This document shows positions 27,301 to 36,318 of a DNA stretch of 64,000 bases, piece by piece. The stretch covers positions 224 to 64,223 of the forward strand of contig JAYVSL010000025.1 in assembly GCA_043775355.1 (NCBI GenBank), in the 5' to 3' direction. The position numbers and the translations under genes were made by a program. The DNA comes from Planctomycetota bacterium. Its GTDB lineage: Bacteria; Planctomycetota; UBA11346. Each line of letters starts with the position of its first letter. Position 1 is the stretch's first letter. The notes beneath the pieces are model-generated. The model ran no database searches and was not told where the DNA came from. It was given only the letters and a program-made list of their open reading frames with translations.

Positions 27301-27497
27301 CGACCGGGGCAGGCGCCGAATTGCGCCACGCCACCGGCATTGCGGTATTTGCTGGAATGATTGGTGTGACCGCGTTCGGGCTGATCCTGACACCGGTATT
27401 TTATGTTGTGCTGCGCACCGTCATTGGCGGGAAACTCAAACACACCGATGATGAAACCGTGGCGGGCGAAACGCATTCTCAGGCACCACAGCCATGA
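24306..27497 (+). CDS. RND efflux transporter permease (AcrB/HAE1 family)
   Basis: 1063 aa. N-terminus HYFIDRPIFATVLSVILILIG, conserved GIVVDDAIVVVENVER, and a 12-TM organisation with two large periplasmic loops. Confidence 0.95.
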   Translation: MRLPHYFIDRPIFATVLSVILILIGTLSVSRLPISEYPEVIPPTISIIANYPGANPETVATTVASPLEQQMVGVPGMLFMQSQSNLDGLMTLTLTFKIGEDLDKVLVDVQNRIQRATPRLPEEVRRLGVTAIKVSANLLMVVHITSPDESQDMLTLSNFGRLSVRDRLASVPGVGDARIFGAGEYSMRVWLDPDRMAARKLIPNDVIQAIREQNVQIAAGTLAQQPVNKATGFELTVTTQGRLSEPKEFENVIIRRGEAGQLLRLGDVARVELGAASYNLRSLLDNKPAAAIPIFQSPGSNALDTAQLVRDAMADLKKTFPPGIDYSIVYDTTMFVRASIDAVKWTLGEAIALVVLVVLLFLQTWRASIIPLLAVPVSLIGTFAVMHAMGFSINTLSLFGLVLAIGIVVDDAIVVVENVERNIANGLTPRLATKQAMREVSGPILATALVLCSVFIPTAFISGLTGQFYQQFALTIAISTAISALNSLTLSPALAALLLKPHRKEHQPGGLLFGWFFSRFNRSFAWSSKAYVGATRRVIRFSSMAVIIYGGLLALTWFGFQKIPSAFVPDQDKSYLVCVAKLPDGASLDRTEAVIRRMSELSLKHPAIDGAVAFPGLSPAGFSNAPNYGMIFVRLKPYAKRQGPTMTGQAVAGALSGQFSSIPDALAFALQPPAILGLGNSKGGKLYLQDRGNVGLPVLFHSAQQVLGAAAQTGKFDFTGPTRTDSTMGVPQIRVDIDRDKVVADGLRMTDVTDALQGNFGSVYVNDLNLFGRTWQVNVQADAPHRLATTDLDHVKVRNANGRMVPLSSFISVHEIAGPDKTVHYNTLPAIDINVAAAAGVSGDEAKAVMEDILAKNLPPGVTYEWTDLIYQQILAGDTALYVFPLCVLLVLLVLAAFYESWVLPIAIILIVPMCLLSALVGVWMTGGDNNIMTQIGLIVLVGLACKNAILIVEFAKEAEIHRHLSPLDAALDACRLRLRPILMTSLAFIMGVLPLVVATGAGAELRHATGIAVFAGMIGVTAFGLILTPVFYVVLRTVIGGKLKHTDDETVAGETHSQAPQP

Positions 27498-27555
27498 GCA
27501 GTTTATCAGCTATTGGTTTGCAAGAATTATTCCACGTACAGCGGAGAAATACTTT

Positions 27556-28842
27556 ATGCGTCTGATGTCATTGATCATTGCCGCCACCACCGTGCTCGGT
27601 TTGCATGCAGCGGAGAGCGAGCCTCGCTCACTGTCGCTTGAGCAAGCCATCCAACTCTCCGCTTCCGTGGCTCCGGTTGAACTGGCGCGCCTTGATGCAG
27701 CCATCGCCCTCGCGACGGTCGGTTCCGAGCGCGCTGGCCTCCGGCCGAATATTGAAGCCGTCGCCGGTTGGGCACGCCAACGCACCTATCTGCAAACCGA
27801 CAACGTTCCGTATGCATTAACGCCGGATAATACCGTCGATGCACGCCTGCGTGTCGGCCAAGCGTTACTCGACGCCGAGACCTGGCATAAAACCAAAGCC
27901 GCAGAGCGACGCTTAGCTGCGGCCGAAGCTGGCACGGCATTGAGTCTTGAAGATGCCGCCGCGAGCGCCGGGATGACTTATGCTGAGCTCGCCGCTAACG
28001 AAGCGTTGGTGGTTGTGCGACGTGAAGATCTCGCTCTCGCACAAGAACTGCTCACCTTGGCACGCAAACAAGTTGATGCCGGAGCGAGCGAAGGAATAGC
28101 GGCGACCCGTGCGGAAAATCGCGTTGCTGCTGCACGCACAGCGCTGACGGCTGCCGAAGGCGCTCTGCGTGGCAGTAGCATCGCTCTCGCTCGATCATTG
28201 CGTTTAGATACCGCAACAACTTTCGTAGCCAGCGATAAACTCGGCGGTGATATGGCGCGCTCCAGTGCGCCAACGGTCGTGCTCGACGCAGTGACGGCGG
28301 CTCAGCGTGCACGACCAGAATTACGTGTTTCGGACGAAAATCTTGCGGCTATTCAAGCTGATTTCCAAGCCGCCCGTGGCGCGCGCTTACCGAAAATTGA
28401 CGCCTTTGCTGATGGCGGTCGCGCCGGTCCCGAATTTAACGACACGGTAAATACCTGGCGGGTTGGCATTGAAATGCGCATTCCCTTGATGGATCACCGC
28501 CGCTACGATGCCGAAGCGGCGCGCTATCGCATGGATCAACAGCGGATTGTGCGCACTGATTTGACGCAGCGCGTTTCTGCCGAAGTACGCTTCGCCATCG
28601 TTGCGTTGGAAACCGGCATCGCCGGTCAAGAATCCGCCATGGAAGAACGCCGCTTAGCCGAGCGTGAACTCAGCGAAGCGCGCACGCGTTTTTCCGCTGG
28701 AGCAGCTGGAAATCTTGAACTGGTGGAAGCTCAGCGCAGTTTGAGCATTGCGCGTGAACGCGTCGTTACCGCGCTGACAATTCTCACTCGCGCACGAATC
28801 GGCTTGGCGCGCGCCGTCGGCGTCGCGACCACGCTGCGTTGA
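27556..28842 (+). CDS. outer-membrane efflux protein (TolC/OprM-like)
   Basis: Two repeated alpha-helical/beta halves rich in Ala/Arg/Leu. Signal peptide MRLMSLIIAATTVLGLHA. I start at ATG 27556, because the track start 27403 overlaps the RND permease by 95 nt. Confidence 0.8.
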   Translation: MRLMSLIIAATTVLGLHAAESEPRSLSLEQAIQLSASVAPVELARLDAAIALATVGSERAGLRPNIEAVAGWARQRTYLQTDNVPYALTPDNTVDARLRVGQALLDAETWHKTKAAERRLAAAEAGTALSLEDAAASAGMTYAELAANEALVVVRREDLALAQELLTLARKQVDAGASEGIAATRAENRVAAARTALTAAEGALRGSSIALARSLRLDTATTFVASDKLGGDMARSSAPTVVLDAVTAAQRARPELRVSDENLAAIQADFQAARGARLPKIDAFADGGRAGPEFNDTVNTWRVGIEMRIPLMDHRRYDAEAARYRMDQQRIVRTDLTQRVSAEVRFAIVALETGIAGQESAMEERRLAERELSEARTRFSAGAAGNLELVEAQRSLSIARERVVTALTILTRARIGLARAVGVATTLR

Positions 28843-28868
28843 TCTCGACGACGACAGCAATACACATC

Positions 28869-28892
28869 GGTCTGCCAAGAATTTGGCGGACC
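28869..28892 (+). terminator. hairpin after the RND operon (possible terminator)
   Basis: GGTCTGCCAA-gaat-TTGGCGGACC, a 10-bp stem with one G-T pair, 27 nt after the stop. No clear T-run follows. Confidence 0.3.
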
Positions 28893-28915
28893 GAAACATC
28901 ATTTTAGGAGCCTTC

Positions 28916-29431
28916 ATGGCTGAATCACCCGAGATCCCTGAAGCCAAAGATTCATTTGAAAAACGCGTGGCAATCACCATCGCCATTCTCGCCGCCGTAC
29001 TGTCGTTTATTTCCAACCACGGAGATGACGCCAAAACCGATGCGATCTTGATGAACACCGAGGCCAGTAACCAATGGGCCTTTTATCAAGCCAAAAGTAT
29101 TAAAGAGCATGTTGATAATGGAAACGCATCCCTCGCTGCCTTACTTACTTCCGAGGCGAAACATGACGAAATTATCAAACATCTAAACGAAGAAGCCAAA
29201 CGCTACAGCTCAGAAAAAGCAGAGATCAAATTAAAAGCTGAGAGCCTGACGGCTGAATCCCATGCGGCTTCGTTGGTAAATAACCGTTGCGACCGGGCGT
29301 CGTTGATCCTGCAACTTGCCATTATCCTCTCATCGGTGGCGATTCTCTCGCGATGGAAGCCGATTTGGTACTTCGGAATCTTCACTGGTGTCAGTGGAGC
29401 CATCATCGGAGCCACCGCATTTTTTCTCTGA
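28916..29431 (+). CDS. DUF4337-like small membrane-anchored protein
   Basis: AGGAG lies 5 nt upstream of ATG 28916. The sequence EKRVAITIAILAAVLSFIS...NQWAFYQAKSIK plus a C-terminal TM pair resembles the DUF4337 family as I recall it. Function unknown. Confidence 0.6.
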   Translation: MAESPEIPEAKDSFEKRVAITIAILAAVLSFISNHGDDAKTDAILMNTEASNQWAFYQAKSIKEHVDNGNASLAALLTSEAKHDEIIKHLNEEAKRYSSEKAEIKLKAESLTAESHAASLVNNRCDRASLILQLAIILSSVAILSRWKPIWYFGIFTGVSGAIIGATAFFL

Positions 29432-29475
29432 TGTCCACCTGCCATCACACCGCAAAATAAACCAGTGTGGCCGAA

Positions 29476-29497
29476 GATCCTCTCTAGTGTGAGGATC
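29476..29497 (+). terminator. hairpin after the DUF4337 gene (possible terminator)
   Basis: GATCCTC-tctagtgt-GAGGATC, a perfect 7-bp stem followed by CATTTCATTAATT. Confidence 0.35.
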
Positions 29498-29610
29498 CAT
29501 TTCATTAATTCCGTAAAGTCGGCTGACATTCACACGCTGTCGGCCACCTTACGAACCAATTCGTATTCTTTTATGACCATGAGATCAGTCTCCACGGCCA
29601 CGGAGGTTTT

Positions 29611-30261
29611 ATGCGCAACCTGATCATCCCTCGACGCGGTTTTATTGGACTGGTAGCGGTCGGCTTGACGGCCTGTGCAACCGGCACCGTGCGTACGGCT
29701 GATCTGGTTCCAACTCCGGCCCAGACTGAAGGCCCGTTTTATCCGGACAAACTCCCGCTCGACCAAGATAATGATCTGGTATTGGTCAAGGGCCGCATGG
29801 ATCCCGCTAAAGGCATCGTCTCTCATTTGACTGGGCGGGTCTTGGATGCGCAGGGGAAACCGGTGCAAGGCGCCGTGATTGAAATTTGGCAATGCGACAT
29901 CAACGGCATCTACCTGCACACCCATGGCGGTGACCGCGCGAAGATCGACTCGGCATTCCAGGGCTATGGCCGCTGCCAAATTGATACGGATGGAAATTAT
30001 CGTTTCCGCACCATCGAACCAACGAAGTACGCTGGACGTACACCGCACATTCACGTTAAGATTCGTCACGGCGAAACCGAATTGCTGACAACGCAGTGCT
30101 ATATTAACGGTGATCCAGGCAACGAGCGCGACGGCGTTTTACGCTCCATCACCGATCCTGTAGCGAGACGTTCGGTGTTAGTGGATTTCAAGACGAAGGG
30201 CAACACCGGCGAACTTACCGCACAATTTGATGTGGTGTTGGGTAAGACGCCGAAGGCGTAG
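29611..30261 (+). CDS. intradiol ring-cleavage dioxygenase-like protein (protocatechuate 3,4-dioxygenase beta-subunit fold), probable Tat-exported lipoprotein
   Basis: 216 aa. TEGPFYPD, GRVLDAQGKPVQGAVIEIWQCD..GIY and GRTPHIHVKI are the family motifs. The N-terminus MRNLIIPRRGFIGLVAVGLTAC has a twin-arginine motif and a lipobox-like Cys. Confidence 0.8.
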   Translation: MRNLIIPRRGFIGLVAVGLTACATGTVRTADLVPTPAQTEGPFYPDKLPLDQDNDLVLVKGRMDPAKGIVSHLTGRVLDAQGKPVQGAVIEIWQCDINGIYLHTHGGDRAKIDSAFQGYGRCQIDTDGNYRFRTIEPTKYAGRTPHIHVKIRHGETELLTTQCYINGDPGNERDGVLRSITDPVARRSVLVDFKTKGNTGELTAQFDVVLGKTPKA

Positions 30262-30351
30262 AATCATCAGACGGCTAATATATTCGCCCATCTAACCGAT
30301 GTATTGGCCCATGATTTGGAGTCCCTGAGTTTAACGCAGATGCGCCTCTCC

Positions 30352-31863
30352 TTATGCGCCGCTGACTTGCTTTGACTTCCTTTGGCTGCCTCGCCGCAGC
30401 CAGCCGGTACCAGTGATCGCCAGATATATCCCCATGCCCAATCCGACTGCTGCAGCCAAGCGCAGCGCGGCGATACGGGATCCGTGACCTTCAGGTTGCG
30501 GCCAATACCACAGCAGAATCAGCACAGCGACGGCCATGGCCACAGACGCCATGAACGGGCGCAGTAACCCACGCCAGTCCATCACTGCACCCGTGCCACG
30601 GCGGTGAAGCATAAGTAAATAAATACCGCAACCGACTGCGCTGGATAGCGCGGTGGCTAATGCGAGGCCCGCTTCCTGCATTGGGGTTTGTACCAAAATC
30701 AGATTGAGGCACAGGTTCAAGGCCACCATGGCCAAGCTGATGTTCATTGGCGTGCGCTGGTCCAACCGAGCGTGAAAAGCACGCATCAATAATTTCGACA
30801 ATGAAATGGGCAATAACGCTAATGCCAACATCTGCGTTACGAGAATCGTGCGCGCGACGGATGCCTCATCGAATGAGCCGGTTTGATAAATGGTGCGCAC
30901 TAATGGCTCTGCGGTGACGAGGAGGCCAACCGCTGCGGGCAGCAACCAGAAAGCAAGTAAGCGACTCGCTTGACGCAGCCCATCGCCAGTGGCTTGCCAA
31001 CTTTCGGCGGCGCGGCTAGCAATTTCTGGATAAGCGGCGGTGGTGACGCCGTGACCGATCAACGCCATGGGAAACTGTAATAAGCGATTCCCAAAATAGA
31101 GGATAGCCACCGCGCCACTGCCAGGAACGAAGATCAAAGCGATAATACTATCGAGGTACGCGTTCAGCTGATAGGCGCCGGACGCCAGTAAATTCGGACC
31201 AATCGCGCGGCGTAAATCTCGCACTTGGTCATCAGCCACAGTCACGATTGGCGGCACGCCACCTGTCGTACGCAGTCCCCATATCAATAGAGCGACCTGC
31301 AATATACCGGCTAGCAAAACTGCATAGGGAAGCGCCCAGGCTTCGTCATCTGGATTCAAAAATACGGTCGTAATCATGCATAGATTTAAAATTACCGGCG
31401 TAGCCGCCGGCGTCCAAAAATGACGTCTACCATTGAGCATGCCCGATAAAATCGCGCTGATGCAGATGAAAATAACAAACGGAATCTGTGGCAGTGCCAT
31501 CGCTGCTATGATCACGCCGCGCCCACTGCCCCACCACAACATGGCCGCTGCCGCCACGTAACCAAACGCCGACAAGATGGTTAATCCGATAGCCAGTCGC
31601 GTCAGTACCGCACCGGCGAAACGTTCTGCCGCTGCGGGGTCGCGGTCGCGGGCTTGCACATAGCGTGGAATAAACGCAGCCGAAAGCGCCCCCTCACCAA
31701 AAAGATTGCGCAACAGATTCGGCAGCGCAAACGCCATAAGAAAACAATCGAGCATTAACGAGCCGCCCATGGCACCAGCCCACAGGCGATCGCGCACCAG
31801 TCCGAGGATGCGACTGATGAACGTCCAACCGCTGACGGTGAAGACACGGCGAGCGAGATTCAT
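30352..31863 (-). CDS. murJ: lipid II flippase MurJ (MviN)
   Basis: 503 aa, polytopic. N-terminal ISRILGLVRDRLWAGAMG...FALPNLLRNLFGEGALSAAFIP is the MurJ signature. Confidence 0.9.
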   Translation of the reverse strand: MNLARRVFTVSGWTFISRILGLVRDRLWAGAMGGSLMLDCFLMAFALPNLLRNLFGEGALSAAFIPRYVQARDRDPAAAERFAGAVLTRLAIGLTILSAFGYVAAAAMLWWGSGRGVIIAAMALPQIPFVIFICISAILSGMLNGRRHFWTPAATPVILNLCMITTVFLNPDDEAWALPYAVLLAGILQVALLIWGLRTTGGVPPIVTVADDQVRDLRRAIGPNLLASGAYQLNAYLDSIIALIFVPGSGAVAILYFGNRLLQFPMALIGHGVTTAAYPEIASRAAESWQATGDGLRQASRLLAFWLLPAAVGLLVTAEPLVRTIYQTGSFDEASVARTILVTQMLALALLPISLSKLLMRAFHARLDQRTPMNISLAMVALNLCLNLILVQTPMQEAGLALATALSSAVGCGIYLLMLHRRGTGAVMDWRGLLRPFMASVAMAVAVLILLWYWPQPEGHGSRIAALRLAAAVGLGMGIYLAITGTGWLRRGSQRKSKQVSGA

Positions 31864-31906
31864 GGGCGAGCACGATGAAGCAGGTGATCGCCCATGATAA
31901 CCGCGG

Positions 31907-32596
31907 TTAAATCCCTAGCGCAGCGCGCTGGGCAGTCTGGATCTGAGCGATCGCGCCGCCAGCGGCGTCAAGCAAAGCGTCGAGCTGAGCGCGAGCGAAA
32001 ACGCCGTGTTCACCCGTGCCTTGAACCTCGATGAAATCGGCTCCGCGCATGACCACATTCATATCAACATCGGCTTTGCTATCTTTGGCGTAATCCAGAT
32101 CGACTTCTAATTTACCGCCAACGATGCCAACGCTGATCGCGGCAACTTGACCGAGTAAATAGTGCGATGGGCCAGCTTTTCCCTGCTGCGTAGCCAACAA
32201 CGTCAGCGCATCATACAACGCCACCCAACTGCCAGTGATGGCGGCGGTGCGCGTGCCGCCGTCGGCCTGCAAGACATCGCAATCGATGGCGAGGGTAATT
32301 TCGCCCAGCTTATCGATATCAACTGCCGCGCGTAGACTGCGGCCGATGAGGCGTTGGATCTCGACGCTGCGACCATCTTGCTTAATTCCATCACGACGTT
32401 TACGCGGCGTGGTGGATCCTGGGAGCATTGAATATTCTGCGGTTAGCCAACCGCCACCAGTGCCGCGCCGAAACGGTGGGATTTCCTTTTCGATCGACAC
32501 CGTGCACAGCACGCGGGTTTCACCAAACGAAACCAGGCATGAGCCAGCAGGATGTTTGACGTATTTACGTTGGAAAGTCAGGGGACGAAGCGGCAT
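31907..32596 (-). CDS. rph: ribonuclease PH
   Basis: 229 aa. RPLTFQRKYVKHPAGSCLVSFGETRVLCTVS and DCDVLQADGGTRTAAITG motifs. Confidence 0.9.
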   Translation of the reverse strand: MPLRPLTFQRKYVKHPAGSCLVSFGETRVLCTVSIEKEIPPFRRGTGGGWLTAEYSMLPGSTTPRKRRDGIKQDGRSVEIQRLIGRSLRAAVDIDKLGEITLAIDCDVLQADGGTRTAAITGSWVALYDALTLLATQQGKAGPSHYLLGQVAAISVGIVGGKLEVDLDYAKDSKADVDMNVVMRGADFIEVQGTGEHGVFARAQLDALLDAAGGAIAQIQTAQRAALGI

Positions 32597-32655
32597 TGGT
32601 ACTCAGTAAGCAGAGGTGAAAAACGGACGTGGTAAAAAACGAAATAAAAAAGCGT

Positions 32656-33603
32656 TCAAAGACGCGCAGCAGCTAACACCGATTCGGCATCAGGCGCCAT
32701 CAACAAGCGCAGGATCGCTTTCTGTGCATGCATGCGATTTTCGGCCTGATCAAAAATGATGGAACGCTTGTGTTCAACCGCGCTGTCAGTGATTTCTTCG
32801 TCGCGATGTGCGGGCAAACAATGCATGATGCGCATGTCCGCGCGCGACTTGGCGATCAAGGCATCGTTGATCTGGTAACCACGGAACGCTGCTAGACGCT
32901 CAGCTTTTTCTGCCTCTTGTCCCATGCTGGTCCACACATCGCTGTACAACACATGTGCTCCCGCAACGGCGGCGACGGGGTCATGTACTTGAATGACTTG
33001 GCTTCCCCAAGCCGAACCAAAGGACGCAATGTCAGCCTGGGTGAACGCATAATTATGCGGGCACGCTAGCACCATCTGCGAGCCAGAAAGAACTGCCGCG
33101 CGCGCAAGGCTACGAGCAACGTTATTGGCGTCACCGATGAACACGACGCGTAGTCCAGCGATGGTGCCGAAGTGTTCTTGAATGGTCAGGAAATCAGCCA
33201 GCGCCTGGCACGGGTGACATTCATCTGACAAACCATTAATGACGGGAACGCCGCCGTATGATGCCAAATCTAAAATGGTCTGATGTTTGAATACCCGCGC
33301 CATGATGCCTTGAACGTAGCGACTGATGACTCGTGCCACATCGCGCACCGGTTCGCGTGTACCCATGCCGACTTCTTCGCCGCGAATATACAGCGAACGT
33401 CCGCCGAGTTCCGACATCGCGACCTCAAACGAAAGCCGCGTGCGCAAACTCGGTTTCTCGAAAATCATCGCTAGGCTTTTGCCCGCCAGCGCAGTTTCAA
33501 GAATGCCCTGGGCGCGCCGACGTTTGAGGTAGGCGGCCACAGCCAGCAGATCACGGAACTGATCTGAGGTGAGATCATTGAGGCTGATAAAATGCTTGAG
33601 CAT
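32656..33603 (-). CDS. argF: ornithine carbamoyltransferase
   Basis: 315 aa. FEKPSLRTR (carbamoyl-phosphate site), HPCQALAD, SDVWTSMG and MHCLPAHR motifs. Confidence 0.85.
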   Translation of the reverse strand: MLKHFISLNDLTSDQFRDLLAVAAYLKRRRAQGILETALAGKSLAMIFEKPSLRTRLSFEVAMSELGGRSLYIRGEEVGMGTREPVRDVARVISRYVQGIMARVFKHQTILDLASYGGVPVINGLSDECHPCQALADFLTIQEHFGTIAGLRVVFIGDANNVARSLARAAVLSGSQMVLACPHNYAFTQADIASFGSAWGSQVIQVHDPVAAVAGAHVLYSDVWTSMGQEAEKAERLAAFRGYQINDALIAKSRADMRIMHCLPAHRDEEITDSAVEHKRSIIFDQAENRMHAQKAILRLLMAPDAESVLAAARL

Positions 33604-33664
33604 AGCAGCCTCCTGGCTGCGAAAAAAACGGTGTGGTGATATCAGATCCGAGCTGTGCGAACCG

Positions 33665-34519
33665 TTATTCGAGGCGCAGTTCAGTGCCGATGCCTTCGGC
33701 GGTGAATATTTCTAAGAGCAACGCGTGCGGCATGCTGGCTTCAATAATGTGAATCTTGCCGACGCCCGCTTGAAGCGCGGCGATGCAACTTTCGACTTTG
33801 GGAATCATGCCATCCGTGATCACTTTCTCGCTGATCAAGCGGCGCACTTCGCTCGCCGTCAGACTTGAAATACGCGTACTGGGATCCTTGGGATTGGTGA
33901 GCACCCCTGGAACCGTGCTGAGGAATACCAATTTCGCCGCGCCCAAACCGCTGGCGACTGCCAAGGCAATATCGTCGGCGTTGGTATTCAAGATCTGGCC
34001 ATCCGGCATCACTGACAACGGCGGAACGACTGGAATCAAACCACGCGTGGCATAACGCACTAAGCGCTCGCGATCGATGCCTGTTGGCCGACCGACGAAT
34101 CCCAATGCCTTATCAAGGATCACGCCTTGTACGGCTAAATGCGGCGTACTGAGCTGAATCGCAGCGCCGCCCAAAGCAAAAATGCGATCATGAATCTGTT
34201 CATTGAGACGATCGACTTCGCGTTCCACGATCGCCACCGTGGCCGCGTCCGTGACGCGACGACCTTGATGAAAGACTGGCTTCAGACCGGCTTGCTCCAT
34301 CGCGCGACTAATCGACTTACCACCGCCGTGCACCAAAATGGGATGAACGCCAACTTGCTCTAACCACACCAAGTCAGTCAACAAGGAATCGAGCACCGCA
34401 GGATTTTCGATCGGTTCGCCGCCGAGCTTCACCACCATGAATTGATTATGAAAACGCTTAAGAAACGGCAGCGCTTCTATTAATACTTTTGCTTTGCGCG
34501 TTGCGTCGTCGACCACCAC
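33665..34519 (-). CDS. argB: acetylglutamate kinase
   Basis: 284 aa. FMVVKLGGE, ILVHGGG and NTNADDIA are the amino-acid-kinase family motifs of ArgB. It is adjacent to argF. Confidence 0.9.
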   Translation of the reverse strand: MVVDDATRKAKVLIEALPFLKRFHNQFMVVKLGGEPIENPAVLDSLLTDLVWLEQVGVHPILVHGGGKSISRAMEQAGLKPVFHQGRRVTDAATVAIVEREVDRLNEQIHDRIFALGGAAIQLSTPHLAVQGVILDKALGFVGRPTGIDRERLVRYATRGLIPVVPPLSVMPDGQILNTNADDIALAVASGLGAAKLVFLSTVPGVLTNPKDPSTRISSLTASEVRRLISEKVITDGMIPKVESCIAALQAGVGKIHIIEASMPHALLLEIFTAEGIGTELRLE

Positions 34520-34707
34520 GAAAGTTCTCCACCCTGCACGCTGATAAGGCGTATGTTATCCGAATAAACGAGGCCGCTCTTGCCGCTGTTCGCTAGCACA
34601 GCATCGCGAATGCGCGGCGGATGCCGCTGAAAAAAGCAAGGTGCGGAATATAGGAGCAGTCGGCGGTTGTCGAGTGCGGAGGCGCATCGCCCCGCGATCC
34701 ATGTCGA

Positions 34708-35898
34708 TCAACCAAATTTTATCTGACTAAAGAGCCACTGATGGAGGTCTGGAGCCCATATCAGGGCAAGAATCGCTCCCGCCGCTAGCCACGGACCAAA
34801 GGGGATTTCGCGCTTACTCGCCAACAAACGCATCGGCAAGCCGACGATGGTGCCAACGATGGCGGCAAAGAAGAATGCATAGGCGATTCCGATTGGCCCA
34901 AGAAAAGCGCCCATGGGGGCAAGAAACTTCACGTCGCCGAAACCCAACGCATTGCGACGAAATGCAATGGTGCCGAGCAAGCCCACCACGTAGAGCATCA
35001 TCCAGCCGGTCAGGCTACCAAAAATTGCCAGCGCGCCGTGGCCAGCACACAACTGCCACCAGCCGTGATCGCCACCGGGTTGCACGAAAACCAAACTCAA
35101 CACCACCGCGCACGCTAACGCCGTCGACGCGATGAACCACAGAACGCCAATACGAAAACCATCGTGATCAGCATCGCTCCAACGCTGCTCTGGTGGACAA
35201 AACCGCCCGTAAATAATTTTGGCCAATGGCAACGATAGCGCGAGTGACAACAGAACGACCCCAACCACCACCATAAACTTCCAGACAAAGATCGAGGTCG
35301 TCATCACTGATTGATTGAGAATATTCTGATGCACCAACCACGTCGTTGGATCGAATAAAAGTTTATGTCCAAGAACTGAACCAGTGCCTAACGCCAACAG
35401 CGGCGCCGCCAGTTGAAATGGCTTGGTCAATTCATCGGGAATAATCATGTGCTCAAGATCGATGAATGACGCCACCACCAATAAATATGCCAGTGACAAC
35501 GTCACTGCTGCCGCAATTGCGCGCGCCACTAAATCGCTGGCGCCCAAAGCCAGCAACCACGGCGCTGGGGCTGCGGGATCGTTAAACGCCCACCACATAA
35601 CCAAGGCGCTCAGAGCACCAACCATGACCTCTAACAATAAATAGCGCGGACTGAAAGTAGCATCACACCAGCGGCAACGACCTCGCAGTAATAAATAACT
35701 GATCACCGGCAGATTATCGTACCACTGCACCTGGGTGCCGCAGGAATAGCAGCGACTGGGTGGGAGGACCACGCTCTCATTGCGCGGCAAACGATGAATG
35801 CACACGTTGAGGAACGAGCCAATGAAAGCGCCAAAAAGAAAGCCAAGCACGACGGACATCGCTATCGTTGTCAGCCCACGATGGGTGCCGTCAATCAC
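34708..35898 (-). CDS. pilD: prepilin peptidase / N-methyltransferase (A24 family)
   Basis: 396 aa. FLNVCIHRLP...CYSCGTQVQWYDNLPVISYLLLRGRCRWC (Cys-rich region) and the FGDVKF aspartyl-protease motif. Confidence 0.85.
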   Translation of the reverse strand: MIDGTHRGLTTIAMSVVLGFLFGAFIGSFLNVCIHRLPRNESVVLPPSRCYSCGTQVQWYDNLPVISYLLLRGRCRWCDATFSPRYLLLEVMVGALSALVMWWAFNDPAAPAPWLLALGASDLVARAIAAAVTLSLAYLLVVASFIDLEHMIIPDELTKPFQLAAPLLALGTGSVLGHKLLFDPTTWLVHQNILNQSVMTTSIFVWKFMVVVGVVLLSLALSLPLAKIIYGRFCPPEQRWSDADHDGFRIGVLWFIASTALACAVVLSLVFVQPGGDHGWWQLCAGHGALAIFGSLTGWMMLYVVGLLGTIAFRRNALGFGDVKFLAPMGAFLGPIGIAYAFFFAAIVGTIVGLPMRLLASKREIPFGPWLAAGAILALIWAPDLHQWLFSQIKFG

Positions 35899-35976
35899 AG
35901 GTCCGGCATTCTCATTCAGCGTCGTGGTACTGTTCGGTACGTTGAATCCACGGCGACATCGCCGCTGAGTGTTCGT

Positions 35977-36315
35977 TTACTTCTTTGAGCCGTTGGACTT
36001 TTCTGGAATGATGAATACCTGCCGCGCCATCTGACGAGCACGCTCAGGCAGAGCTTCCAAATGACCAGTGCGAAGCTGATGAAACATCGCGACGCGCGTT
36101 TTCGCTCCGATGCCCGGTAACGCATCGGCCATCCAGGCTTCACTGTCTGCCAAAGCTACGCGCGACGGTTCGGTCGGAGTTGGAGCGGCGCGCAGACTGA
36201 TCAATCCAATAAGTGCTATGGCCACGATGACGGCGAACCCACCTCTGCCATCCACGTGTTCGGCAACGACTGGCTGCAGAACCGCTAATTCATTGGGAAT
36301 ATCACTCGTTTCCAT
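35977..36315 (-). CDS. small membrane-anchored helix-hairpin-helix protein (ComEA-like, tentative)
   Basis: 112 aa. One TM helix (FAVIVAIALIGLISL), then ALPGIGAKTRVAM, which resembles an HhH motif. It sits 3 nt after the prmC stop. Confidence 0.4.
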   Translation of the reverse strand: METSDIPNELAVLQPVVAEHVDGRGGFAVIVAIALIGLISLRAAPTPTEPSRVALADSEAWMADALPGIGAKTRVAMFHQLRTGHLEALPERARQMARQVFIIPEKSNGSKK

Positions 36316-36318
36316 TCG

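Noticed and set aside
27403-27555. Upstream extension of the TolC-like ORF overlapping the RND permease
   Set aside because: It would overlap the permease gene by 95 nt and precede a clean signal peptide that starts at ATG 27556.
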